DNA from: Endomicrobiales bacterium | GTDB taxonomy: Bacteria > Elusimicrobiota > Endomicrobiia > Endomicrobiales > JAFGGC01 | Length of the DNA stretch: 64,000 nt | Direction of reading: 5' to 3' | NCBI GenBank assembly: GCA_016930715.1 | Contig: JAFGGC010000012.1 | Span: forward strand, 8,454-72,453 | Shown: positions 43,016-52,669 of the stretch, piece by piece | How positions within the stretch are numbered: position 1 is the stretch's first letter | Layout of the letters: each line of letters begins with the position of its first letter | Made by a program: the position numbers and the translations under genes | The notes under the pieces: generated by a model | What the model saw: the letters and a program-made list of their open reading frames with translations, nothing else | Database searches by the model: none | Told to the model about the DNA's origin: nothing

Positions 43016-44557
43016 TCAAAGGGATTCGACTTTGATTGCCCTGACAGGGTGCGTGGGGCATTTGAATTCGCAGATGGCGCATCCCACGCAAAGGGCGGGA
43101 TCGACCGAGGGCAGTTGTATTATTTGCCCCTTTTTGTTTCTCGTCGGGGTCAGCTTGATTGCCTTGTCCGGTATCGGACAGTGCTCCTCGCAGACCAGGC
43201 ATTCCTCTCCCCTGGCCCAGGGAAGGCATTCCCTTTGGTCAATCACGGCAATGCCAATCCTGACCTGCGTTTTTTCGGCTTCCGTGAGTTTAATTATCGC
43301 TCCGGTCGGGCAGACCTGAGTGCAAAGGTTGCACTGATACTCGCAGTACCCTATTTTTGTGTTCAGTATGGGGGTCCAGATGCCGGCTGGCCCCGCCTCC
43401 AGCATTGCGGGCTGAAGGACGTTGGTCGGGCAAACCTTCATGCAGTTTCCGCACCGTATGCACCTCTGCTCGAATTCCTCCTCCGAGAGGGAACCCGGAG
43501 GCCGCAGGGGTTTTTTCAGCTTCTTTTTTGACGTCCCCATCGCGTGTTTTAGCCCGAAAAGCGAAACGAACGACGCCGACAGTATGGCAAGAAACTGGGC
43601 CCTTGTAACGCCCCTTTCATCAAGCTTTAACCTGCCGTTTCTCCTGCTGCCGCTTTTTTCCGCGGCACTGAAAGTAAAACGCGACGGGTACTTTTTGCAT
43701 AGAGTCACGCATTCCATGCACATCACGCATTCTTCTTCGAGGTAGGTGTTGTTCGGGAAAATGGCGTTTGTCCGGCAAAGGTGCATGCAGGCGAAACAAT
43801 TGTTGTCGCATTTCTGGCTTACCCGTTTTAAAAGCGAATATCTCGATATTATACCCAGCATTCCTCCAAGCGGACACAGGTAACGGCACCAAAACCGCCT
43901 GCGGACGGACACCGCCAGAAGCACCGCCGAAAACGCAAGAAACGCGTAAATCGCGTGCGGGAACACGGGATTTGACACTTCCAAAAACGAGTTTTTTAAC
44001 CCGTAATAGAGATTTTCCACCGGCTGGGAAGCGGCCGGGCTTTTCAATATAAAGGCGAAAATACCGTCAATTGCTCTATTGACCCAGGGATGGATGTTAA
44101 GCGAGAACACCCGCACGGTAATTGCGATCGGATCGAAGAACCAAGCGAGCTGTATGCCGACGACGGCAAAGGCAAGAAGGGCCCAGAAAACGAAATATTT
44201 TATTTTTCGCTCTTTTGACGGCGCGTTCTCGAGTATTTTATTATCAAATACTGTCCGCAGGGCGCGGTGAAAAATATCCTGCAAGGCGCCCAGCGGGCAG
44301 AACCATCCGCAGAAGATCCTGCCGAAAACTACCGTCAACATCACCACGAAAAGCGCGACAAAAAGCCCGGGAATGAATACCCTTTCGGCCACGGCGGTGA
44401 GCACCATCACCAGCGGGTCAAGATGGAAGTATATCTCCGGGTTGACGAATTTTTTGAGCGGGTACCTCGTCTGCCAGATTATATAGACAAGACCCAGCAG
44501 AAATGCCGTTTGGACTGTTTTTCTCGCTGAAAGGATCCACCTGTTGGACATTTTCAT
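43016..44557 (-). CDS. Membrane-bound polyferredoxin (NapH/MauN-like TM domain + multiple 4Fe-4S motifs)
   Basis: Several TM helices with CxxC pairs, followed by four CxxCxxCxxxCP motifs (CIRCGNCMKVCP, CNLCTQVCP, CLVCEEHCP, CVGCAICEFKCP). Confidence 0.85.
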   Translation of the reverse strand: MKMSNRWILSARKTVQTAFLLGLVYIIWQTRYPLKKFVNPEIYFHLDPLVMVLTAVAERVFIPGLFVALFVVMLTVVFGRIFCGWFCPLGALQDIFHRALRTVFDNKILENAPSKERKIKYFVFWALLAFAVVGIQLAWFFDPIAITVRVFSLNIHPWVNRAIDGIFAFILKSPAASQPVENLYYGLKNSFLEVSNPVFPHAIYAFLAFSAVLLAVSVRRRFWCRYLCPLGGMLGIISRYSLLKRVSQKCDNNCFACMHLCRTNAIFPNNTYLEEECVMCMECVTLCKKYPSRFTFSAAEKSGSRRNGRLKLDERGVTRAQFLAILSASFVSLFGLKHAMGTSKKKLKKPLRPPGSLSEEEFEQRCIRCGNCMKVCPTNVLQPAMLEAGPAGIWTPILNTKIGYCEYQCNLCTQVCPTGAIIKLTEAEKTQVRIGIAVIDQRECLPWARGEECLVCEEHCPIPDKAIKLTPTRNKKGQIIQLPSVDPALCVGCAICEFKCPTHPVRAIKVESL

Positions 44558-44611
44558 GAACCTTTCCCGCCTGGCCTGTCCGCCGGCGGGCGGGATGCCG
44601 AAAACCCGGTT

Positions 44612-45664
44612 TTATCGCTTTCCCATTTCAATGCGTTGCCTGGGCAGGGAGTCCGGATAATTCTTCTGCAAGAACCCTATAAGCTTTTCTCTGACGTCGC
44701 ATCGCAGATCCCACGCGGAAGGCGAATCGTTCGTGCTCATCAGGGCCCTCAACTCGACGGAACGGGCGTCGGCATTGGTGACCTGAAGCCCCCACGCCTT
44801 GCCGTTCCAGAGTCTTGACCCTTCAAGTATCCTGCGCAGTTCATCCCTGACCGCCTGAACCGGCACGGTATAGTCTAGATATATGAAAACGGTGCCCAGG
44901 ATGTCCGAGGTTTTTCTCGTCCAGTTTTGGAAGGGCTTTTCTATGAAGTAAGATATCGGCAGGACCATACGCCGCAAGTCCCATATCTTGACCACGACGT
45001 AGGTCAGGGTTATGTCCTCTATCCAACCCCACTCGTTCTCCACTATCACCACGTCGTCCAGCCGGATGGGCTGGGTGATGGCAAGCTGCACGCCCGCGAA
45101 AAGGTTAGCAATTATTTTCTGCCCGGCAAAACCCGCCGCAAGGCCTATGATCCCGGCCGAAGCGAGTATGCTCGCGCCCAGGTGGCGTACCTTGTCGAAC
45201 GTCATAAGTATGATACCCAGCGACAGCACCGAAACGATGAACACGACTATCCTGTTAAAAACCTGGAACTGGGTGAATATCTTCCTCGCCTCAAGGTTGT
45301 CCTTGTCGTTTATGTTGTATTTCGCGGCGATGAAAACCTTCAGCACGTCAGGTACCTGCATTACGAGCCACGCGAAGGACAGTATCCAGCAGACGCTGAC
45401 AACGCGCCCGAGCGCCGCTCCAAGGGAAGGTTCAAGCCCCAGGACCGGCATCACGAAATTCACCGCCAGCAGAGGCACGATGAACCGGGCCGGCCTCCTG
45501 GAGTATTTTATCATCGCGTCGTCCAGGACGTTTTCCGTTTTTCTGGAGAATTTCTTGAGCACGGCGTACAGAACGTAATGCAGTATCAGCCCCGATACCA
45601 CGGAACCGGCCAAAAGGACCGCCGGGCGCCAGAACATCTGCATGCTCTTCAATAAATAATCCAT
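44612..45664 (-). CDS. Mechanosensitive ion channel (MscS family)
   Basis: 350 aa. TM helices plus the MscS core (…NLFAGVQLAITQPIRLDDVVIV…). Confidence 0.9.
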   Translation of the reverse strand: MDYLLKSMQMFWRPAVLLAGSVVSGLILHYVLYAVLKKFSRKTENVLDDAMIKYSRRPARFIVPLLAVNFVMPVLGLEPSLGAALGRVVSVCWILSFAWLVMQVPDVLKVFIAAKYNINDKDNLEARKIFTQFQVFNRIVVFIVSVLSLGIILMTFDKVRHLGASILASAGIIGLAAGFAGQKIIANLFAGVQLAITQPIRLDDVVIVENEWGWIEDITLTYVVVKIWDLRRMVLPISYFIEKPFQNWTRKTSDILGTVFIYLDYTVPVQAVRDELRRILEGSRLWNGKAWGLQVTNADARSVELRALMSTNDSPSAWDLRCDVREKLIGFLQKNYPDSLPRQRIEMGKR

Positions 45665-45712
45665 TCCAAACTCCTGTCGATTTTTTTTACGGCAGCGGGC
45701 GGAAAGCGAGGG

Positions 45713-46426
45713 TCATTTTACCGCCGACACCACGCCGAACATCGGATATCCTTTTAAAAGCCTTACCTTGACGTTTCTGAAACCGGCTTTCCTGATCAGC
45801 GCGGACCACTGCCGCAAAGACAGGCAGAATTCTCCGTCGTTGAAGATGTGTTTCCGCCCGTTGTCGTACATCCTGTTGAATGCCTGTATGCCGCCGTCCC
45901 TTAAGGCGCTGGCGTACTCGTACTTCAACATATTCAGCATTCGCAAAAGGCGTTCTGGATCGGTATGGCTTCCGGTACTATCAAGGTTTAACTCGCCTAT
46001 CACGAATTTTCCGCCCGGTTTCAATACCCTGAATATTCTTTTAAGCGCCTTGCCTTTATCCGCAAGGTGATGAAGAACCATCGTTGATGCAGCTATGTCG
46101 AAACTGCCGTCTTTGAACTTCAGGTCGTCAGCTTCCTGTTTTTCTAGGCGTATGCTATTTTCAAGTCTTGCTTTTCCTATTTTTTCCTTGAACAGCCGCA
46201 CCATTTCGTTCGAGCTGTCGACAGCCGTTACAAGGCAGTCCGCCTGGCGCAGGAAACGCATGGAAAGAAGCCCCGTCCCGCAGCCGATATCGAGCACCTT
46301 GTCGTTCTTTCTGACGCCGGAAGCCCTGACGGCCGCGTCAATGAGCGTGTGGTGCCTGTTCATTTTTCCGAGCGTATTGTCGTACTCTTTCGCCCAGGAT
46401 CTAAACCATGCTTTCTGCCTGTTCAT
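45713..46426 (-). CDS. Class I SAM-dependent methyltransferase
   Basis: Motif I VLDIGCGTG. 237 aa. Confidence 0.85.
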   Translation of the reverse strand: MNRQKAWFRSWAKEYDNTLGKMNRHHTLIDAAVRASGVRKNDKVLDIGCGTGLLSMRFLRQADCLVTAVDSSNEMVRLFKEKIGKARLENSIRLEKQEADDLKFKDGSFDIAASTMVLHHLADKGKALKRIFRVLKPGGKFVIGELNLDSTGSHTDPERLLRMLNMLKYEYASALRDGGIQAFNRMYDNGRKHIFNDGEFCLSLRQWSALIRKAGFRNVKVRLLKGYPMFGVVSAVK

Positions 46427-46460
46427 CTTACCTTCTTTCCCGCGGCTATATATCGCTTGA

Positions 46461-47444
46461 TCACGCGTTAATGTTCTTTATTTTCGCCGATTTAATGTCC
46501 ATACTGCCCACGCCGAATGCCGCCGCTTCCTTTATGTGCCTGATATCCTGCGGCCTGAAATCAAAAAGCGTTGCCGCGTACGCGTCGCATAGCACGGGGT
46601 CCGTGCTGACGATGACGGTATTTCTTTCTTCGACATCCGCGAGGTTTCCTCCTGTCGGCCCGTGGCGCAGGAGAATGCGGTTCGCGTCAATAACGTTCAG
46701 GTCGGGCTTGATGAACCACGCCAATTCCGCGAGCTTTCTTTCTATCCCCCAGTGCATCCTGCCCCGTGAGCCGCCGCACACGCCCATAAGGTTCTTTAAT
46801 GAAAGCGTCAGTTGCGAGAGACCGTGATGCTTTGCCACGGGCACGTTTATGAAACAGTCGCACTTCACGGCATCTTCATATATCGGCCAGTCCGCCATCT
46901 CGTAGTCCGCCGGCATCCGGGCGGGATAGAATTTCCAGTCGGAAACGTAAAAGACCGTCGCACCCGCTTTTTTTGCGGCGCCGGATATGCCTGAATTCTC
47001 GTAGGTCCGCTTGGCGGAATTGCACGTGTTGTCGAATACTTTGACAACCTTCGCTCCGGCCTCGAAACACATTTTCACCAGCTCGCCGACGACCTCAGGG
47101 TTCGTGCACGCCGCCTGCTCCGGGCCTCTGTCCCAGCCGATGTTCGGCTTGACAACGACGATGTCGCCTGGCTTGACGAATTTTTTCATTCCGCCGAGAG
47201 CGTCCACCGCCTTTCTTGTTATGAGCCCGGGATTTTTCCCTTCTGCCACCGCAAGGTCGTATGCCGTGGAAACCTCCCGCCCCGGCCTGGGGGCCAATTT
47301 CCTGCCCGACACCGCGAGGGCTCTTCCGGAAAACAACCTGGAACCCGCTATGAACGCAACCAGCGCGCCCATAAATTTCAGGAAGGATTTCCTCGTAAAA
47401 ACCGTCCCCCACGCCCTATCCAGAAACCTAATTCTGTCCGGCAT
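46461..47444 (-). CDS. DUF362 domain protein with Tat-type signal peptide
   Basis: N-terminus has …FTRKSFLKFMGALVAFIAGSRLFSGRALA/VS, matching the Tat consensus S/T-R-R-x-F-L-K with R-K. DUF362-like core (…IVVVKPN…). Overlaps tatC by 17 nt. Confidence 0.75.
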   Translation of the reverse strand: MPDRIRFLDRAWGTVFTRKSFLKFMGALVAFIAGSRLFSGRALAVSGRKLAPRPGREVSTAYDLAVAEGKNPGLITRKAVDALGGMKKFVKPGDIVVVKPNIGWDRGPEQAACTNPEVVGELVKMCFEAGAKVVKVFDNTCNSAKRTYENSGISGAAKKAGATVFYVSDWKFYPARMPADYEMADWPIYEDAVKCDCFINVPVAKHHGLSQLTLSLKNLMGVCGGSRGRMHWGIERKLAELAWFIKPDLNVIDANRILLRHGPTGGNLADVEERNTVIVSTDPVLCDAYAATLFDFRPQDIRHIKEAAAFGVGSMDIKSAKIKNINA

Positions 47445-48195
47445 ATGCTTCCCTTATTGATTTATTCACGCTCAACCTGTAAACCGCCCGCGAAACGATT
47501 ATGCTGACCTCGTACAGCGCCGCCATCGGCACTACGAAAAGCGCCAGATTGAAAATATCCGTCGTGGGCGTCATAACTGCCGCTACGACGCACAACCCGA
47601 AAAACGCCTCTTTTCTTCTTGAACGCAGGAATTTCGGCGTCACTATCCCCAGGGTCGTCAGAAACGCCGATACCGCCGGCATCTCGAAAACTATCCCGCC
47701 CGTGAGAAGAACGGAAACCGCGAAAGACACGTATCCGCTGAGCGTTATCATAGGTTCGGCGACGCCACTTGTCATGGATATAAGGAATTTTACTGCCGCC
47801 GGAAGCGCGACGTAATAGGAAAAAGCCACACCCGAAACAAAAAGCAACATAGCCGCCGACATCCACGCCGAAAGCGCAAAACCGGGCCCCGGGCCAACCG
47901 CGGGTCTCACATAGCGCCAAACATGGTAGATAATGGCCGGCAATCCGGCAAGCAGGCCAAAAAACAGCGCGACCCTCACGTAAACGGAGATTATCTCTGC
48001 GGGTCTAATAACTATGAAACCGTTGATAATGCCGGAAGAAGGGACTTCGATAAGCGTTATGAGGTCCTTCGCCAAAATAAATCCGGCCGCCGTTCCGGCG
48101 GCCAAAAAAATAAGACACAGGATTATCCTGCGCCTTAACTCGTCAAGATGGCCGACCACTGTTAGCTCGTTGGGGTTAAGATTTCTTTCCGTCAT
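47428..48195 (-). CDS. tatC: Twin-arginine translocase subunit TatC
   Basis: 255 aa, 6 TM helices, HLDELRRRI N-terminal motif. Confidence 0.9.
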   Translation of the reverse strand: MTERNLNPNELTVVGHLDELRRRIILCLIFLAAGTAAGFILAKDLITLIEVPSSGIINGFIVIRPAEIISVYVRVALFFGLLAGLPAIIYHVWRYVRPAVGPGPGFALSAWMSAAMLLFVSGVAFSYYVALPAAVKFLISMTSGVAEPMITLSGYVSFAVSVLLTGGIVFEMPAVSAFLTTLGIVTPKFLRSRRKEAFFGLCVVAAVMTPTTDIFNLALFVVPMAALYEVSIIVSRAVYRLSVNKSIREAYAGQN

Positions 48196-48361
48196 CTTCA
48201 GGTTTGCTCCGCACGTCCTTGTCTTCCCCCTGGAAAGCCTTTTTGAATTCCGATATCGATTTACCCAGAGAACGCCCTACCTCAGGCAGGCGCCGCGCAC
48301 CGAAAAGAAGAAGAGCAAGAAGTAGGAGGAGCAGAATTTCCTGAAAACCGAGTCCGAACAT
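48176..48361 (-). CDS. tatA: Twin-arginine translocase subunit TatA/E
   Basis: MFGLGFQEILLLLLLALLLFGARRLPEVGRSLGKSI…, the canonical TatA. Confidence 0.9.
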   Translation of the reverse strand: MFGLGFQEILLLLLLALLLFGARRLPEVGRSLGKSISEFKKAFQGEDKDVRSKPEDDGKKS

Positions 48362-48426
48362 GTGTCACCTCGCTGTTTGATATTAATCGGGCTTACTTAT
48401 GCTTAGATTGCCCCCAAAGCATATTC

Positions 48427-48455
48427 ATTATACCACCCTGAGAAACTTTAGTCAA
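48427..48455 (-). promoter_or_regulatory. Consensus sigma70 promoter of tatA
   Basis: Minus strand: TTGACT (complement 48455-48450), 17 nt, TATAAT (complement 48432-48427) with an extended TGn. Confidence 0.6.
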
Positions 48456-48532
48456 TCTGACCGCTCCGGGAAAATTAGGCCCCGCCGCCAGGGGGGGTGG
48501 ACGACGGAGACCTTAGATATCTACCGACAAGC

Positions 48533-48883
48533 TCACACGTTCAGTATCTCCGTTATGCATTTAGTAAAACCCTCTTTCGACATGGCGCCCATCGCAGCGC
48601 GCGGCTTGCCGTCTTTCGGAATGAAAAGTATCGTGGGTATCGAAGATATGCCGAACATGCCGGCCAGTTCCTGCTCCCTGTCCGTGTCAACTTTGTAAAC
48701 ATCGAGCTTCCCCTCGTATTCCCTTGAGATCTGCTCAAGCACCGGCGCCACCATTTTGCACGGCCCGCACCAATCGGCGTAAAAGTCGACAATTGCCGGT
48801 TTTGCGCCCTCAAACTTCCATTCTTTGCTCGTTTCGTAGTTAAACACTTTGGTCTTGAACGTTTCTTTCGTAAGGTTTTCCAT
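48533..48883 (-). CDS. trxA: Thioredoxin
   Basis: WCGPC active site. 116 aa. Confidence 0.9.
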   Translation of the reverse strand: MENLTKETFKTKVFNYETSKEWKFEGAKPAIVDFYADWCGPCKMVAPVLEQISREYEGKLDVYKVDTDREQELAGMFGISSIPTILFIPKDGKPRAAMGAMSKEGFTKCITEILNV

Positions 48884-48936
48884 GCTTTCCTCCTCCCGCC
48901 AGTGGCGTGTTCCGTCAAAGATTTAGCGGCGGATAT

Positions 48937-49455
48937 TCATTTTTTAGATTTACTTTTGCCGCCCTTTACGGTTCTTAGAAGTTCCTTGATTTCCGCCTCC
49001 CACTCTTCCTCCATCCCGGGGTAATACCCGGCGTATTTTTTAACTATATTGCCCTCCCCGTTTATTATGAAAAACGCCGGTATCCCCGATACCCCGTATT
49101 CGCTGGCTATTCTGCTGTTACCAGAAAGCACCGGATATGAAAATCCTTTTTCTAAAACAAACCTTTTAACGGCCTCAGGTTTGTTTTCTATGTTTATTCC
49201 GAGCACCGCCACTTCTTTTCCATCCAGAGCCCCGTAGAGCCTTTCAACGGCGGGGATCGACGCCTTGCACGGCGGGCACCAGGAAGCCCAGAAATCGATG
49301 AACACTATTTTGCCCCTGAGGCTTTCCAAAGCCACCTCTTTTCCCTGTGCCGACACTAGCTTGAAATCCGGAGCCGCCGGATAATCTTCCGCGGAGAGAG
49401 CCGCCGCAATAAACAAAAACAAGAACAAAACCAACGCGAATCCTTTTATTTTCAT
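48937..49455 (-). CDS. Exported TlpA/ResA-like thiol:disulfide oxidoreductase
   Basis: Signal peptide and WCPPC motif in a redoxin fold. Confidence 0.85.
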   Translation of the reverse strand: MKIKGFALVLFLFLFIAAALSAEDYPAAPDFKLVSAQGKEVALESLRGKIVFIDFWASWCPPCKASIPAVERLYGALDGKEVAVLGINIENKPEAVKRFVLEKGFSYPVLSGNSRIASEYGVSGIPAFFIINGEGNIVKKYAGYYPGMEEEWEAEIKELLRTVKGGKSKSKK

Positions 49456-49529
49456 CTACTACCTCCTTATATCCATATATTAGGTATATACGATATATGT
49501 GCGATAAAAAAAACTTGTGCCGTTCGTTC

Positions 49530-49799
49530 TTACTTTTTCAAAACCCTTATCAACTCTTCCACCCTGTCGTCCACTACCCTGTAGCAGGTCCTCACGCCAT
49601 CCTTTCGCGGTGCTATTATCCCTCTTGACCTCAATATCCCAAGGTGCTGAGACACGGTGGATTGCGGGAGCCCCATCTTTTTAACCATATCGTTGACGTT
49701 GCAGTCTTTGTTGTTGATGAGCCCCTCCACCATTTTCAGCCTCACCGGATGACCGATGGCCTTCAGTATTTCCGAGTCTTTTTCGTACATTATCGCCAT
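49530..49799 (-). CDS. ArsR/SmtB family transcriptional regulator
   Basis: 89 aa wHTH (…ILKAIGHPVRLKMVEGL…VSQHLGILR…). Confidence 0.85.
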   Translation of the reverse strand: MAIMYEKDSEILKAIGHPVRLKMVEGLINNKDCNVNDMVKKMGLPQSTVSQHLGILRSRGIIAPRKDGVRTCYRVVDDRVEELIRVLKK

Positions 49800-49893
49800 T
49801 TCCAGCCCCGCCCTCTATCCTTCTATCGTAATATTACAATATTAAAGCAGATTTGTCAAGCCTTTTGAAAAAAATTTCTGGCGCGGTCCCCGG

Positions 49894-50352
49894 CTACATC
49901 CTGGATATCACGTTTTTATAGCTTCTTTCGTCGGCAAGGCGTCGGATCTGCGCTTCGAGCTCCCTGTTCTTTGAAAGCATATCAATAAAATCCCTTTTTT
50001 CATAAACAAATACCTCGCCCGCCTCAAGCATGGAAACAGAGGCGTTTGTCTGAGTTGCGTCGAGAAGCGACATTTCCCCGCATATGCCCCCGGGCTCAAG
50101 CGTTGCTATCAATTGTTTAGAAAAAAACCCCTTCTTTTTGAATACTCCGCATTTACCGGTTTTAATTATGTAAAGCGCCTTTCCGGGCACGCCTTCTTTT
50201 ATGAGCCTTTCCCCTTTCGCGCAGACCGCCTTATTAAACCCCTGCACTACCCTGTCAAGGTCGCCCACGGTTATGGAGGCGAAAAAACTCACCCTTTTTA
50301 AAAGCGAATAAAGGTCCCTGATTTCGTTTTCAGTAAGCGGCAGTTTTCTCAT
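49894..50352 (-). CDS. Stand-alone cyclic-nucleotide-binding domain protein
   Basis: 152 aa. cNMP-binding beta-roll pattern (…GERLIKEGVPGKALYIIKTGKCGVF…GGICGEMSLL…). Confidence 0.8.
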   Translation of the reverse strand: MRKLPLTENEIRDLYSLLKRVSFFASITVGDLDRVVQGFNKAVCAKGERLIKEGVPGKALYIIKTGKCGVFKKKGFFSKQLIATLEPGGICGEMSLLDATQTNASVSMLEAGEVFVYEKRDFIDMLSKNRELEAQIRRLADERSYKNVISRM

Positions 50353-50355
50353 ATA

Positions 50356-51078
50356 TCACCCGAAAAGCATGGTTATCCTGCCCGCCACCGCGTTGAAGCT
50401 GTCGGTAAGAAGCAAAACCCCGACCGCAACGAGTATCGCTCCGGAGATTATCTCGATCAGGCGGTAGTGTTTCTTGATTTTCGAAAAAAGCGAAAGCGCC
50501 TTCCCGACAAACAGCGCCGTCAGCAGGAAGGGGATGCCGAGACCGGACGAATACACTATCAGCAGAAGGACCCCATGCGAAACCGTCCCCTGGCTTGACG
50601 CGAGTATCAGAATGGACGAAAGTATGGGCCCGACGCAGGGCGTCCACCCCACCGCGAACGCCACTCCGACAAGGAAGGACCCGGCGTACCCCCACGACGG
50701 TTTTTTGAGATCCGCCCTCGCCTGCATGTAGAGGAGTTTTATCCTGAAGACACCGGCCAGGTGCAGGCCGAATATCACGACCACCGCGCCGCCGACGTAC
50801 CTTATTATGTCCCTTCTGCCCGCCGCGGCCGCGCCGAGAAAACTCGCCGACGCGCCGAGCAGAATGAAAATCGCGCTGAAACCGGCCACGAAGAACAATG
50901 CGCTGATGAACGAACGCTTGACGGCGCCCTGCCGGCCGCCTTCAAGTTCGGCAAGCGACGCTCCGGTTATGAATGAAAGGTATGCCGGTATCAGCGGAAG
51001 GACGCACGGGCTCACAAAAGTGAGTATGCCTGCCACGAAACTCGCGAGTAGTCCAGGAATGCTTTCTGCCGGGCTCAT
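50356..51078 (-). CDS. ccdA: CcdA/DsbD-family thiol:disulfide electron transporter
   Basis: …FVSPCVLPLIPAYLSF… and a second Cys (TPCVGP). ATG at 51078 overlaps the upstream stop. Confidence 0.85.
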   Translation of the reverse strand: MSPAESIPGLLASFVAGILTFVSPCVLPLIPAYLSFITGASLAELEGGRQGAVKRSFISALFFVAGFSAIFILLGASASFLGAAAAGRRDIIRYVGGAVVVIFGLHLAGVFRIKLLYMQARADLKKPSWGYAGSFLVGVAFAVGWTPCVGPILSSILILASSQGTVSHGVLLLIVYSSGLGIPFLLTALFVGKALSLFSKIKKHYRLIEIISGAILVAVGVLLLTDSFNAVAGRITMLFG

Positions 51079-51500
51079 TTCAATCTGCCCATCACCGAAG
51101 CGAAGTATTTGGCGTCCCGGTAACCCACCACTTTTTCCAGGACTTTCCCCGAAGAGTCCATAAACATCACCGTAGGCAGGCCCTGCACGCCGTACTGCTG
51201 CGCGTCTACCGGATACCTGTCCGTATTGACCTTGACGCACACGAAGTTTTCCGCCAGTTTCGCTACTTCAGGGTTTGAATAAACGTCCCTGTCTAATTTC
51301 TTGCACCACCCGCACCAGTCAGCGTAAAAATCTACCATGAGGTTCTTCTTCTCCGCTTTCGCCGCGGAAAGCCCTTCGCCGAGGCTCATCACCCACTCGA
51401 TCTCGCCGGCGCTTTGCGTTTCGGCCGTTCCTCCGGACATGCAGCCGTTAAGCGCCACCGCCAAAAGAAGCATCGCGCACGTAAATTTCACAATCTTCAT
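51075..51500 (-). CDS. Thioredoxin-fold lipoprotein (WCGWC)
   Basis: Lipobox LNGC and WCGWCKKLD motif. ATG at 51500. Confidence 0.8.
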   Translation of the reverse strand: MKIVKFTCAMLLLAVALNGCMSGGTAETQSAGEIEWVMSLGEGLSAAKAEKKNLMVDFYADWCGWCKKLDRDVYSNPEVAKLAENFVCVKVNTDRYPVDAQQYGVQGLPTVMFMDSSGKVLEKVVGYRDAKYFASVMGRLK

Positions 51501-51501
51501 C

Positions 51502-52668
51502 CTAACCCCTCTTTCCTGGCACAAAATCTGCCGGGCGCTTGTTTCTTATCCTGAAAAAATATTTTATCGCGTCCACGGTGCGCTCCGAGGCGCGCCCGTC
51601 CCCGTACGGGTTGACCGCCTTCGCCATCCTCGCGTAATGGACCTTGTCCTCGATGAGCCTTTTTATCTCGCCGTAGATCCTTTTTTCATCCGTTCCTATC
51701 ACCCGGACCGTGCCGGCCCTGACCGCCTCGGGTCTCTCGGTCACCTGCCTTAAAACCAGCACGGGTTTCCCGAGCGACGGCGCCTCTTCCTGTATGCCGC
51801 CGGAATCGGTCACGACAAAATCCGCGAGCTTCATGAGACCGGCCATGTCCGAATAATTGACCGGGAAAAGCAGGCTCACGTTCTTGATTCCGGCCAGTAT
51901 TTCTCTTGCCGGACCCCTCACGTTCGGGTTCATATGCACCGGATAGACGATATTCGCATCGGGATAGTCATTTGCTATCCTTTTTAACGCCGTGAATATA
52001 TTCCGCATTGGCTTGCCGAAGTTCTCGCGCCTGTGCGCCGTGACAAGTATAGTTTTTCCGCGGCGTCCCGGAACTGCCGTAGGCACGCTTTTCGACAACC
52101 TGCGTTTTTCCTTCAGCATTCGCAAAAGAGCGTCTATCACCGTGTTTCCGGTTACGAATATATTTTTTGCCGGTATGTTTTCTCTGAGAAGCGCCTTCTT
52201 GGAGGTTGCCGTCGGAGTGAAGTGCACGGAGCAGAGCGCGTCGGTTAGCAGGCGGTTGGCCTCTTCGGGGAACGGATGAGCCTTGTCGTACGATCGGAGA
52301 CCCGCCTCGACATGGCCAACGGGTATCCTCTTGTAGAAAGCGGCAAGTGCCGCCGCGAAGGTCGTGGTCGTGTCGCCGTGGACGAGCACGAGATCCGGCT
52401 TTTCCTTCTCAAGAACGTCCTCCATCCTGGCCAGCGCGGCGACGGTCACGTGATAGAGCGTCTGGCCGTCCTGCATGATGTTGAGGTCGTGGTCGGGTTT
52501 TATTGAAAAGGCGCGCAGTGCCTCGTCGAGCATGCTCCTGTGCTGGGCCGTCACGCAAACCTTCGCGTCGAATATCCCGGCGTGCCTTTTCAGCTCAAGG
52601 TAGAGCGGCGCCATCTTGATGGCTTCCGGCCGCGTCCCGAAAACAAGCAGGACCTTCCGCTTTTTCAT
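51502..52668 (-). CDS. wecB: UDP-N-acetylglucosamine 2-epimerase
   Basis: KVLLVFGTRPEAIKMAPL and HVEAGLRS motifs. Confidence 0.9.
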   Translation of the reverse strand: MKKRKVLLVFGTRPEAIKMAPLYLELKRHAGIFDAKVCVTAQHRSMLDEALRAFSIKPDHDLNIMQDGQTLYHVTVAALARMEDVLEKEKPDLVLVHGDTTTTFAAALAAFYKRIPVGHVEAGLRSYDKAHPFPEEANRLLTDALCSVHFTPTATSKKALLRENIPAKNIFVTGNTVIDALLRMLKEKRRLSKSVPTAVPGRRGKTILVTAHRRENFGKPMRNIFTALKRIANDYPDANIVYPVHMNPNVRGPAREILAGIKNVSLLFPVNYSDMAGLMKLADFVVTDSGGIQEEAPSLGKPVLVLRQVTERPEAVRAGTVRVIGTDEKRIYGEIKRLIEDKVHYARMAKAVNPYGDGRASERTVDAIKYFFRIRNKRPADFVPGKRG

Positions 52669-52669
52669 T

